DNA of 64,000 bases from Octopus bimaculoides (GCF_001194135.2 NC_068982.1:41019876-41083875); one strand, 5' to 3'. Positions 27,946-39,441 are shown, counted from the first letter of the stretch. A program made the numbers and translations. The notes: generated from the letters alone by a model not told the origin.

Positions 27946-28777
27946 AATGAAACCATATAATCTGAGAAAACTAGAGTAAGTTTTGCAAATGATATGTATC
28001 AAATACACTAACTTTAGGCATTCTCCTGTCCATTTTAGCTGAGGGTCAACACAAATTATGGTCAAAACAAAATATAGAAAATTATAAAACATTGTTACCT
28101 ACATTTTAACTAATAAAAACCAATTCTTCAAGGGAGGTTTTACAACAATTCTTTGAAGTTTAAGAGTTTTCATTTTCCTAAAAAGAAATAAAATTTTTAA
28201 AAATTGAATATAAAACTTTAAAAAAAACAACCTTGCTTCCTAACCAAATGGCACCTTGGGCAAGCATCTTCTACTATAACAACAGACCAACCAAAGGCCT
28301 TGACAGGTGGATTTGGTAGATGGAAATTGAAAGACAACCGCCGTATATATATGTATATATCTATGCATGTGTCTTTGTATCTGTGTTTGTCCCCCTCCCC
28401 CATCATCACCTGACAACTGGTGTTGGTGTGTTCCCATAATTTAGCAGTTCGGCAAAAGAACCAATAGAATAAGTACAAGGCTTAAAAAAAGGTCATGGGG
28501 TCGATTTGTTCGACTGAAACTCTTCAAGGCAGTGCTCCAGCATGGCCACAGTAAAATGAATAAAACAATATCAATCAGAAATTTAAGGTGAATACAATTA
28601 ATTGCTGTAATGTTTTCATTATTTTGAAGTTGCAGGCATGGCTGTATAGTTAGATATGAAGTTTGCTCCCCAGCTACATGGTTCCAAGTTCAATCCCACT
28701 GCATTGGTACCTTGGGCAAATGTCTTCCACAATAGCTTCTTGACAACCAAAGCCTTGTGAGTGAATTTAATAGTAGA

Positions 28778-29532
28778 CTAGCAGAGATACCCGGTGTTGC
28801 CCGTGTTACATGCAATTGAAGAATGAGACTTTTCTGTTATATTTTCTTTAATGAACTGGAATACCTATGATTCGAATTTCATCAAAATTGCACATGAGGG
28901 TCCTTTCCCTCTTTACACACCATAAAAAATTCTAATCATGACACATGTATTCCATACTATTGATCTTTATGCGCATATTCCAAAATTCCAGTCTTCTGGA
29001 ACCTGTAAAAAGGATTTTGCTCCTGAAAAATGGAGCTCATGAAGCTCTAAAATGTGGGAATGAAGGCCCCTATTGGGGGTGGGGGTGTTAATGTCAACCA
29101 GAGAAGTTGAATTGTTGGGAATGTTTTTAACTTGGGTTTTATAGTATGCCTGTATATATGTGAGAGTATAGTTTCAGTATGAAATTGAAAGTATTAAAGT
29201 GAAAGTATCTGACATTACAGTAGCGACAGGTTATTGTTTCACTTTTGACACGTAATACTGAAATAGTGGAATAGTTTCAGTATTAAAGTGAAAGTATCTG
29301 ACATTACAGTAGTGATGTTATTGTTTCACTTTTGACACGTAATACTGAAATAGTGGAGGAGATATGATATTGGTGTGGGCTCAAACTATGCAAGAAGTTA
29401 AACATTTTTTTAGTCTAAGACAATACACGGACCCTAATTAAGGCATGTGTAAATTTGGAATGAAATTGGTTGTGTAGTTCTCAAGTTTTAGGGATTCACA
29501 CAGACACACATTCTCATCTTTATATATATAGA
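28778..29532 (-). mobile_element. Complete non-autonomous Helitron (~755 bp)
   Basis: Minus-strand 5' end A|TCTATATATATAAAGATGAGAATGTGTG at 29532. 3' end ...CGGGCAACACCGGGTATCTCTGCTAG|T at 28778, with an imperfect GC hairpin (cccgg-tgttgc-ccgtg on +) about 10 nt from CTAG. Fits the canonical A|TC...CTRR|T rule. Confidence 0.85.
29191..29356. repeat. ~89-bp tandem duplication inside the non-autonomous Helitron
   Basis: gtattaaagtgaaagtatctgacattacagtag...cacttttgacacgtaatactgaaatagtgg begins at 29191 and at 29280. Confidence 0.9.
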
Positions 29533-29639
29533 TATATACACACACCGAAACACACATATATATATGTATATCAATATAAATACATGAAAGTCAATGAAGT
29601 TTGGTAAAAGAAGGTGATCATGTACATACTTTCTAGCTG

Positions 29640-32600
29640 TTGTCATTATAACACCACATTGTAATATTCCTTGTGGAGCATATGCAAATAGGTTTGTTTT
29701 GCTTCCCACTCTAGAGCAGCCAACATACAGTTGTCCATGTGAGAAGCAGGGCTCTTCCAAGAGAAGACCAGCTACAGAGAGGGCTTGACCCTAATATTTG
29801 TTAATGGACATGGCGAAAGTGACACAAAGGAGGAATTGTAGTCTTCTGAATGTAAAAGTAATGTCTGCTCCTGATGGAGTAAGAGGAATTCTTGGAATAA
29901 TGACGTTATCACCTTTTCCACATCCAGAAAGAATGGTAGCCTCGATAACATGTGACATCATCTTCTTTATCACGAGTCGTGTTCCATTGCAAAGTCTTGG
30001 TGGTTCCAGATTGCGGAGTAGCATAACAGGCGTTCCAACTTTAAGTGATATGTGGGGAGGTAGTCCAGGAGGCTCCAACGAATTGAGAAATTCAGGAGGA
30101 TAGTTCACCACTTCATTTGTATCTGGAACTGTATCAACAGACTTGTAAGTTCGAAGATTGCCATGAAGAGAATGCATCAGCTACGTTTTTTTGAGCAAAT
30201 ATTGCTCTTTCACACAGCCAATTGTGATTTAGGTAGTTTTCTTTGAAGTTGGGAAAGACTTTGTGTTTGAGGTCATCTACAGAATTAACAACAGAGCAAA
30301 ATGGCCATACTTCCATTTCTCCTGCAGCATCGAGAGGCACCTTGCCATCACCAATTGTCAAAATGTCCTGTGCAAACTTCTTGGACATTTGGTTGCCGTG
30401 TAGCTGAGCTCTCATGCTAGTGTTAAGACTGAGGATGGTAACATGATGCCACAGGGTAGAGGACTTTCAGCATGCTTGGACCTCATCTGCTCTAGTGCCT
30501 TTCGGAATGACAGGAAGAGTTTGCCTGAAATCACCTGACAACAGAAGCGTAACACCTCCCATTGGAGCATGACAGTCTTGGATGTCTTTCAGGGCTCTAT
30601 CTAATGCTTCCAAAGCTCTCTTGTGAGCCATGGTGCATTCATCCCAGACAATTAGATGACACCTTTGAAGCACATGCCCTGATCTGAGCTTTGGGTGATG
30701 TTGCATGAAAGCATGTCGGATGCTGCTAAATTGAGAAGGAGTTTGAAAGTAGAGTGTGCTGTCCTGCCACTGGGTAACAAAGTAGCTGCAATCCCAGAGG
30801 AAGCCACAGCTACTGCAATATCCTGATGCTGCCAAATTTGTGCAAGGAGAAGCTTTATGTTTTTCTTGTCCCTCCAGGAGCATCAAGGAAGAAGATTCGT
30901 CCATCACATTGGCGTACACTGTTAATAATAGTTGTGTAGGCCTGCAGCTGGTCCGGAAGTAATTTATGCTCGTTTTCAGCAATGTACTTTGAAAGTGCTT
31001 GAGTGTCGTAAGATGTTTCACGAATGACAGCAGTGGGAAGGCTATTTGACCCTGACCTGAATGTTTGTGGCAGGCCATAGGTGGACAATTCATTACCACC
31101 CAGTGTGGCAATTCTGTCTTCAATGTCAATGAGGGTTTTGTTGTAGACTTCATTGCTGATATCCTCCATGTCAGGATAGAGCCATTGAGCTTGCCGCTGA
31201 AAGTCTTCAGTCAGGTTGTCCCTGTACTTGAGCCATAGAGTTGCAGGATCACACAGTTCGCATGTCTGTAGTAATACTGCAAATAGTGCCCTGATAAAGC
31301 AGCCTCTCCCAAAGTTGCATCCCATTGTGCACCATCTTCCAACAGTCCTTGTTGATAGCAGGCTTCTCTGTATGTTGTGCAGACATGTTCATGAATGGTT
31401 TTTAAGGCCTGGAAAGACGTGGGGCCTCTGACTTCATGCAGTAGTAGGCGGAGGTAGAAGCACTCTTGTTGAGTGGGATGTACTGTGTATACTCGGCCAA
31501 GGCAAGTGTCAAACTTAATGCCAGGGTATCCATGAACATTTTGACCTGCTTTCCTTGGAGTCCATTGTTTTCCATTCCAAGTGTAGTGCGATGGAATCTG
31601 TGGATACAGTAAGGTTTGAGCGAATGGATCCACTTGACAGAGCTTGAAGAATGCAGTGAGTGTGCTATCCCTTGGTTGCTCTGCCAACAGAGAAGCATTA
31701 GCATTGGTGAAGTACGCTCTTTGACTGTTTTCCAGGTGCACTGCAAGCTGTTGAATGGCGGGGTGTCGTTGGTGAAGTGGTAAGCCAAAGATGCGCCAGA
31801 AAGCCTCGTTGCTACTTATGTAGCGCCCCACCTGATAGTGCGTCACCTCATCCTGGCAGTATTGTTGTTGAAGTGCAAACATTGCAGCGTCAGAATCCTT
31901 GTTCACATACTTGCAAACATATTTGATGGACTTAACGGAGTTGCAAAACTCAACGTTAATGTGGGCATTGAAGATCTTTGACAGGAGTGGGCAGTAAGCA
32001 ACAATCCATCTATTATCAACCTCATGCTGTCCAATAGTTGCTGTGAAACTGCCGTCTTGTGGTTTTCTCCGTCTGTATGATGAATACCCATCAGTACCTG
32101 TCTGAGTTTGTTGTAGGAACTTCCTTGGAAACTTTTTTGAACATACGCTGTCTTTCAAACATGGTGAGTTAATGTTGAATCCACGCCCACATGGACCATG
32201 CACCATGTTTGCTTTAACTAAGTGCGATGGATCAGGAAGTTCTGCAGATATTATGTTGCCGATGTCAGTTGATTTGATCTTCGTTGAGAGCCAAAGCAGG
32301 ATATGAGCATGTGGAAGGCCCCTTTTTTGCCATTCAATTGTGTACATGTCACATTGTATGGGTCCGAAGATTTGCCCTTTTTTTAGGAGGTCCATGAGAG
32401 TAATTAATTTCAGATGGATAACTCGGGCGAGGAGGTCATGCCTGTCTTTAGGCTTTTGACCTAAGAAGTGTTCGGCCTGAATCTCCTTCCACTTGGGATT
32501 GCATGTGAAAGTGATGAATAAGTCAGGCCTGCCGTAATGGTCGACAAAGGTCATTGCATCCCGTGTTCTTTCATGCATATATCGGGGACTTCCAGTGAAT

Positions 32601-33150
32601 GTGGAAGGCAAGATGCAAAGTCTTCCTATGCTTGTTGGAGCAGCATCATTGTTGATGGCATCTCGGAGATGGATGTAGTTGTCAGAGCGCAATCTCTCTG
32701 ATTCCATTTTTGCGCACATATCAACTGCAAATTGATTAAACAGATCTCGAGACTGGTGGAGGTGATTAGAGGAGTTGTCTCGTGTCATAAATCGGTATGA
32801 GTAGAAGTCCATGCAGGATACTGGCTTGTTGAGATATTCATTACGATTTTGTGGATGTTGCTGTGGTATACCGATGTGGTAGCCATCCTCACCATAAACA
32901 AACAGAAGTGGATACTGAAGTGTATCGTATGATCGGTGTGTTTCTGTAATTCGTTGGAGGGTGGTGTCACGTCGCCTAAGGACAATGTCTCTGGGATTGT
33001 GCTGTTCACCGTGAAGGAGTACAGCTATTTCATTGCATGTGGGTGCATTGTAACGGCTTGCATGTTCTGTAGATGGTCTTTTCTGAGCATCTATGATAAC
33101 AGTAAGAAGTGAAAGAAGTGCAAGTGTTATTGCTCCGTATGAAGTACCCT
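29640..33150 (-). mobile_element. Autonomous Helitron Rep/Helicase coding region, decayed (frameshifts and stops)
   Basis: Rep motifs PDLFITFTCNPKW, YTIEWQKRGLPHAHILL (HUH) and IKYVCKYVNK in ORF 31211-32812. The frame stays open upstream to ~33150 (VIIDAQKRPSTEHASRYNAP...YDTLQYPLLF). Pif1 helicase motifs [44 protein letters not shown] and FSHGQLYVGCSRV are spread over ORFs 30855-31325, 30467-31153, 30134-30415, 29791-30177 and 29488-29760. Confidence 0.97.
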
Positions 33151-34026
33151 GTTAGCCTATTGTTAGTGAAAGAAATGGAAAAGAATAGAAAATGTAAGAA
33201 ATGAAGTGAATAAATGTAAAAGATTGCTCGGCGCCTGCATTAGGGAAGAAGTATGGAATTATTTGGAAAGTAGGAGTCGTGACAGGGAATAGAAAAAGAA
33301 GGTATTATTGTAGCATAATTTGAATGTCCGTGATGAAAGACATATGAATGGGCTGGAAAAGAAAGAAAGAGAATAGTTGGGAGTTGATATGCAGGTGTAG
33401 TTTGAGACATTAACAGAATTGTTTTGTATTTGTAAGACGTCATGCCTACAGGCATTGACAATCAAAGACCTCTGTGCCAAAATCTGAAGATTCCTGTGTT
33501 CTTTCTAGGCAAGATAACTGTGCATTCCCATTGTCTTCTATCGGTCTATAGCAAAAGACACTTGCCCAAGGTGCCATGTAGTGGGACTGAACCCAAAACC
33601 ACATGGTTGGGAATAAAACTTATTGTCACACAGCCACTCTGCCTATTTGTCTCCTGAGCTTACCCTTGGGACACATGATTTATTTAATCCTTAAGTAGGG
33701 CATGTCTAAGGACCAGCTCAGCTCCAAGTCCTGCATGCCTTAACCACAGAACCATCTTCTGCTATCTAACCCATTACTGAAGTCCTTGACTATCACCCTG
33801 GGTCAGAACAGATTTAAGAATAATGGTGAGTAAGGTGTAACTGTATACTCCCTAAGACTCTCTGAACTCTCCAGATGAAGTTTCACAACTTGATTCAATT
33901 TAATGTGTTGCTCAGGTCACAGCATATGCTTGATATTTTTTCTTTATCAAGTAATTTTGGTAAAGCACTATATGGTATTATTCTAAAGAAATTTGGTGTA
34001 TAAGGCTGGAAAACACAAAGCAGAAC

Positions 34027-34211
34027 AAAGTTGCAGTTTTACTTTGTATTTCTGTATTACAGAGATATAACCCCCATCTTCCAGGACATTTGGAAAAAGC
34101 AAGGGCTGGAAAAGTCATTGCTCAGATGTATGAGTAATGACTTTTCCAGCCCTTGCTTTCTCAAGGAGTTATAACTTGTAATATATAAATACAAGGTAAA
34201 ACTGCAACTTT
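34027..34211. repeat. Foldback element with inner 24-bp perfect stem
   Basis: aaagttgcagttttac / gtaaaactgcaacttt outer arms; aaagcaagggctggaaaagtcatt (34096-34119) pairs with 34136-34159. Confidence 0.88.
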
Positions 34212-34479
34212 TTTTCTTTTTTCGTAGCTTACTTTGTACCTTCTCGCACGTACCTTACACAACAAATCTCTTTAAATGGCACCTTAAGTAAGTGCCTTCT
34301 ACTAGAGCCCCTAGAGCAACCGGAGTTTTGTGAGTGGATTTGAAACAGAAACTGAAAGAAGCTTATTGTGTGTGTGTGCGTGAGTCAACTTTGTTTCTTC
34401 ATAACTTTCAGAAAATAAGTGTGATGATGTGAAGATGGAAACTGAAGTCCCCCCACACACACACTAGGCACAAACCTGA

Positions 34480-34900
34480 TGGGAAACAACAATACTGCTG
34501 AACAACCATGGTTAAATATGGCTGGAGCTGAGAAAACATTTTTGGACATCAGGGTTATGCATCTCAGCACACCAACATATATAAACAAGAATTTGCCTTG
34601 GGTTTATGCAGCACATGAATGGAAGAAGAGATGTTACAATGATCTGGTGCTTCAAATAGAAAATAGCTCATTCACTCCCATAGTTAGGTCCACATCAGGA
34701 GGGACAGAACAGACTAACAAGCACTAAATTGTTAAGAAACGAAACGAAAGATATTCTGATGTTCTAAACTATATAAGAACAAGAATTAAATTCAGTCAAC
34801 TAAAGAGCATTCTAACTGCAATTCATGGAATAAGACGGAACAAACTTCACCTATTTCCATGCTGTTGTTCAACCTCACTGAATTCACCGAAGACTTCTAG
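34480..34900 (+). mobile_element. CRE-clade non-LTR retrotransposon 3' fragment (restriction-like endonuclease domain)
   Basis: ORF 34479-34727 reads AEKTFLDIRVMHLSTPTY...HEWKKRCYNDLVLQIENSSFTPIVRSTSGG and continues in frame after the stop as IVKKRNERYSDVLNYIRTRIKFSQLKSILTAIHGIR. This matches the remembered metazoan CRE C-terminal pattern D(I/V)RV.H...HE..K...Y...(V/I)E.GSFTPLVFSTTGG...(W/Y)IR.R..F.LL....(I/L)RG.R. Confidence 0.82.
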
Positions 34901-35838
34901 GAAGTTTTATACATAGTCCCTAATCTTTACAGTGCAATTCTCAGCACTATCATTCATCGACATATAATTCATTTAATGAAATTTTCTACAAAACGGAATT
35001 TGTGAAAATTTTTTTTGAGAGGGATTTTGGAGGATTCAAATGTGCAGTTAGGTAAAGTAAACCACACAGATGCTTTACCCCAACACAAAAGCTGCAGGAA
35101 CTACTGAGAAATTTTGCAATCTCTTCTAAATTCATTGCAATACCGGACACCCATGTTGTCAGCATGTATCTCAGGTTCACAAGCCCTCCACCTCTTAGCC
35201 TGTATGCATCGTCTGAGTGGGGCAGCGATGACTGCTAATTTCTAGTTAATTTCCACAAAAATGAAAATATTGGCACCGATAGTTGCAAAGGGAGGTAAGC
35301 ACGTCACTCAAATTCGTAGAATTTTTTTTTTTAATTCTAACAAAGTGTGACAGTTTACATCTAAAGGTACTCCCCCAAAACACCCCTTTTTTTTTATTTA
35401 ATTTTTTTTTCTACACAANNNNNNNNNNNNNNNNNNNNNNNNNNNNNNNNNNNNNNNNNNNNNNNNNNNNNNNNNNNNNNNNNNNNNNNNNNNNNNNNNN
35501 NNNNNNNNNNNNNNNNNNNNNNNNNNNNNNNNNNNNNNNNNNNNNNNNNNNNNNNNNNNNNNNNNNNNNNNNNNNNNNNNNNNNNNNNNNNNNNNNNNNN
35601 NNNNNNNNNNNNNNNNNNNNNNNNNNNNNNNNNNNNNNNNNNNNNNNTATGCAGAAAAATACGGAGATTGTGATTCTGAAAAAAAATTCCAAAACTTTTT
35701 CTACTTAGGGTTTCAGGGTTACGGAAAAAAAATGAAAAATGAAGAAATTGGAGGGGAGGGAGTACGGGGGAGGGGAGATAAAAAAAAATTCAAAATTCCG
35801 ATTTTTTGCAATTTTCCGGTATCTCTGTATCCAAAAAC

Positions 35839-35932
35839 GGGTAATTTTTCAGATTAACACCCGCACGATGACCTAAACATAACCCTAAAACTCTAGTGAA
35901 ATTCGTGCGGGTGTTAATCTGAAAAATTACCC
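35839..35932. repeat. Perfect 30-bp inverted repeat with 34-nt spacer
   Basis: gggtaatttttcagattaacacccgcacga (35839-68) / tcgtgcgggtgttaatctgaaaaattaccc (35903-32). Confidence 0.85.
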
Positions 35933-36499
35933 AAAAACGTGGGTTTTTGGCAAAAAAAAAATTAAAAAAAAGAAAGTAATTTGCGAGAAAATGGAGTGGG
36001 GAGAGTCTTTCCCTGAAATTATCACACGACATTAATAGACTAAATAGACTAGTTTGCAAAAAGTGCTGAATCAAACGTGTTGGGCCTCTTAGAGTTAGTA
36101 ACAAACGAAAACATTAGGGAATGCCAACATTAATTGCATAACCATCACTAATTTCATCGAATTCAAAACTTCCTAAAAAGTAACATTGCTTTTATTCTGA
36201 AGGAGGTCATACCAAACTTCGAATAAACAAATATAGCTGTTGACCACTATATAATATCTATAACAGGCATGGGAAATCTTTTATAAGGAGAGTCGCATAA
36301 AACATAGCTTATCATCAGGTGAACCGCACAAAAACAAAAATTCCTATCTGTGATATTTAAGTTTAAAGACATAAAATCGATGAAATCTGATTCCGAAAAT
36401 AAATACAAGGCTTAAATGAAATTTAAATGCACTGATGAACAGAGAAAACGATGATTATAAGAAATATAAAATATATGGTAATACCTGATTTTTATATAT

Positions 36500-37620
36500 A
36501 CATAAACTGTATATACATCAAGAAACATGTGTTATTATACAGACTTGCACCATGCTGGTGGTGGGTTTCAAATCGGCGCTACAACAGAGGCTGATGGGAA
36601 AAAAGAATCGCCAGTAAAAGTGATAAAATTTCCACGAAAATGTTTCTAGTCTACTTTTTAAACAAATTAATATACAAAATCTCTGGTTTAGAATAGGAAA
36701 TTGAAAATCAATTGAATTATAAATTAAATACTCGTGTTATACGTACTTTTATATCAACGTTCAGGTGTTGTTATCGCAAATAGAGAATATGTTTACCTGA
36801 GTAAAAAATATTTATAAATATAGAGTTCGTATTATTTTAATTAAAAATAAGTATATAAGTACTTTAAGAGAAATATTTTGGTAAAATAAAAAAAAAAAAC
36901 ACTTCTCGTCAAGGTTACATAGTTGTTGTTTATAGGCCGCTCCCCTCATTAACATATATGCTATGGAAGCGTTGGCTGTATTGACATTAATTGGCGTTGT
37001 TGCCGCTCTCCTATAGCAATGTTAGAGTCATGGCTATAAACATACCTTTGGATACACCTGGCAATCGTAACAAACTGTAGGTATTATTTGTTATAAATAA
37101 TTTAACATATCCCGTAAAAAAAAAAAAAACTATGGAGAGACCTGAAGATTGTATTGGGATCTTACCAGTCTTCCGTTTTCTTTAATACACTGTAAACATA
37201 GAAACTGGTGTGAAAACAAACACAAAAAGGTTGGAGATTGCATAACTTGACGGCGATCACCTAAAAGGTTAATGCCTCCGGATATTGTAAAAGATGCCTA
37301 TAGTGAACTGTTTAATTATCTTTGTGATAAAAGTAGGGATTTTGAAAATTCTTTCGATAGATTCATTGGTGTCCAGCTTGTGTCTCGCCGTTTCAAATTT
37401 CTCCCAGCCTCAGTTACCACAACACCAAAACATTCCGTTTATTATTTCTCTGTGCTCTCTCATAACAATTGCTCTCCTCCTGTCTCTGTCGGTTCCATTT
37501 GTTTTTTGTCCAGCCCTCTTCTTTCTCTTCGCTTTCATCTCCACTTGTTCTTTAAAAAGCCTCATTACAACGAAAAATCATTTCTTCTCATACCCTTGTC
37601 ATCTGAATGGTTTTCAACCA
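36500..37620. promoter_or_regulatory. Probable promoter / 5'UTR region of the + strand gene, CpG-retaining, possibly bidirectional
   Basis: Lies directly upstream of the large exon, is free of SINEs, and has visibly more CG dinucleotides than the flanks. Possible 5'UTR donor ctgtag|gtatta near 37080. Confidence 0.4.
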
Positions 37621-39394
37621 TGGGAAAGTGTATCGAACCTGAAACTAGAAGAAAATCGCCCAAAACAACTCATGATGGTGCCAGAATGAAACCGGTCATG
37701 AGTGAAGAATTGGATTTTACCGCCCATACACTGTCTTCTGATCGACTGGGCAAAATTATTGATGAGATAGATGACAAGTGTAATGAAATGAGAGATGAAC
37801 AAGCAATTCCTGTCGTTAAACTATTCCCCACCAACCTCTATGGTGATATCAACCCGATAAAATCTCACATCGAGAACACAACTATAACCACCACCATCAC
37901 CACAACCACAACAACAACAAGCAGCTCTAACAGCTGCAATACCTCCCCTTTTGTTACTTCTGCATCCCCCCACTGTTTTACCTCCCTTAAGGAGAGTAAT
38001 ACTTCTACACTTCATTCTAACCAAGAAGAAATAGTAGCATCAAATAACGACAAATCTTGTGCAGATGTGATCCACACACGAACTCTTATCATTGGCTGTG
38101 GTGCTTCAAATAGTAGTAATCAGTGTGGTGATACTATTAGTGCAGCAACTGGCCGCTCAGTTATTGGTAGCAGTAACTCTAACAGTCACCCTGCTGTTTC
38201 TTGTAGCTCTAACAGACAACAAACCGGAGACCCTGTCTCAACAACAATTGATAACAACAAGCAATCTTCTGGCGGCATTAGTACAATTAATGTCGAAGAT
38301 TCTTCGGAAGATACACAACAAAATCGCGAAAATGGTCGCAAGAAAGCAGAAGGTGCTGCAGTCTCGTATACACTACCACTCGAACGGCTTTCAGTCGTTG
38401 ATTTAAATTCTGATGAGGATGAGAAATGTTCTGTTCAACAATCTAATGAAGATTCGATTAGATTCGGAAATTCCATTCCTAACAATTGTCATCGGGAATC
38501 TAAACAGTCAACACAGTATTCCGTTGAGAAGATAAACGATTCTTCCTTGACGTCGGCTTCTGGTGCTAGCGGTCATCCGAAAGGCAAAAACCAAGATACC
38601 AAGTCACATTTATCGAATAACAGGAGTCTTGAATTGCCTTTGACGAATGGATTAACTCGAATTGTGGAGAGTAACTTGGCTTCTTGTTGTGATCTTGGCC
38701 ATAACTTTCTTTGCCAGAATACTACCAGTGGTACAACAACCCCATCCATGTCTCCGATTGACGATGTCACTGTTATGGTAGGTAAAAACGGAAAGTTATC
38801 TACTGTACTTGAAAACATTCCTCTTTTGTACATCCCCACCACCAAACAGTTGGTGTCTCAGGACTGGAATTCAGTGACCCCTGGTAGTATTGAACATGGC
38901 AAACAGAAAGAAATAGAATATGTTCCTATGACTTGTAAATTTAAAAACGAAGACAAATCTTCAAATTGTGAAAAAGATTATGTAGAAGTTGATCAGAGTC
39001 CTCGGAGCACAAGCTGTTCGTTGAACTGTGTGGATACATCTAGTCTATCTAGTCTAAGTACCTGTACAGATGTTGCTTGCGGTGTTTCGGTGGCATCAGG
39101 GGTCAGTGATGAATTCAGTGACAATTCCGCATCAACGGGAACCCCAGTTAATACTGAAGCAACTACTAGTTGTGCAATTTCTAATGTTTCTTCTACTGGG
39201 ACCAACTCGCAGAACTCTACATTCGATACTACCAACCCGTTGGAATCGTGTCTTGTAGAGGTCAACTTACACTCTAGGAATTCTTACGAACCAACACGAA
39301 ACCAATGGCCACCGTCAACACCTCAGGACCAAAATTTATTCATTCGAGATTGTACAAAACGGAAAAGTATCGGACTGACAGGATTTCTTGGCAG
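37620..39394 (+). CDS. Large first coding exon of a host gene; tentatively TBC1 domain family member 12/14-like Rab-GAP N-terminus
   Basis: Part of stop-free frame 37272-39398. Strong Kozak caaccATGG at 37620 (MGKCIEPETRRKSP...). Ends at CAG|GTAAGA donor (GT at 39395, phase 2). Motifs LSTVLENIPLLYIPTTKQLV, DTSSLSSLST and KRKSIGLTGFLG(R) recall from memory the order of motifs in the TBC1D14 N-terminus (VKLYSPTSKAL ... VSVCSVSSLGT ... FSNFFAR|NL). The exon is well supported; the gene identity is only about 0.45. Confidence 0.8.
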
Positions 39395-39441
39395 GTAAGA
39401 TTTAATACATACATGTGTGTGCGTGTGTATGTATGTATATA

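Noticed and set aside
14438-29356. Spaced repeats considered as CRISPR-like arrays
   Set aside because: Eukaryotic context; the repeats are tandem dimers without unique spacers, and no cas genes are present.
35700-35900. TTAGGG-like motifs as an interstitial telomere
   Set aside because: Only isolated degenerate units, no array.
36290-36325. Minus-strand TGATGA suggesting a C/D box snoRNA
   Set aside because: No CTGA D box at a suitable distance and no terminal stem.
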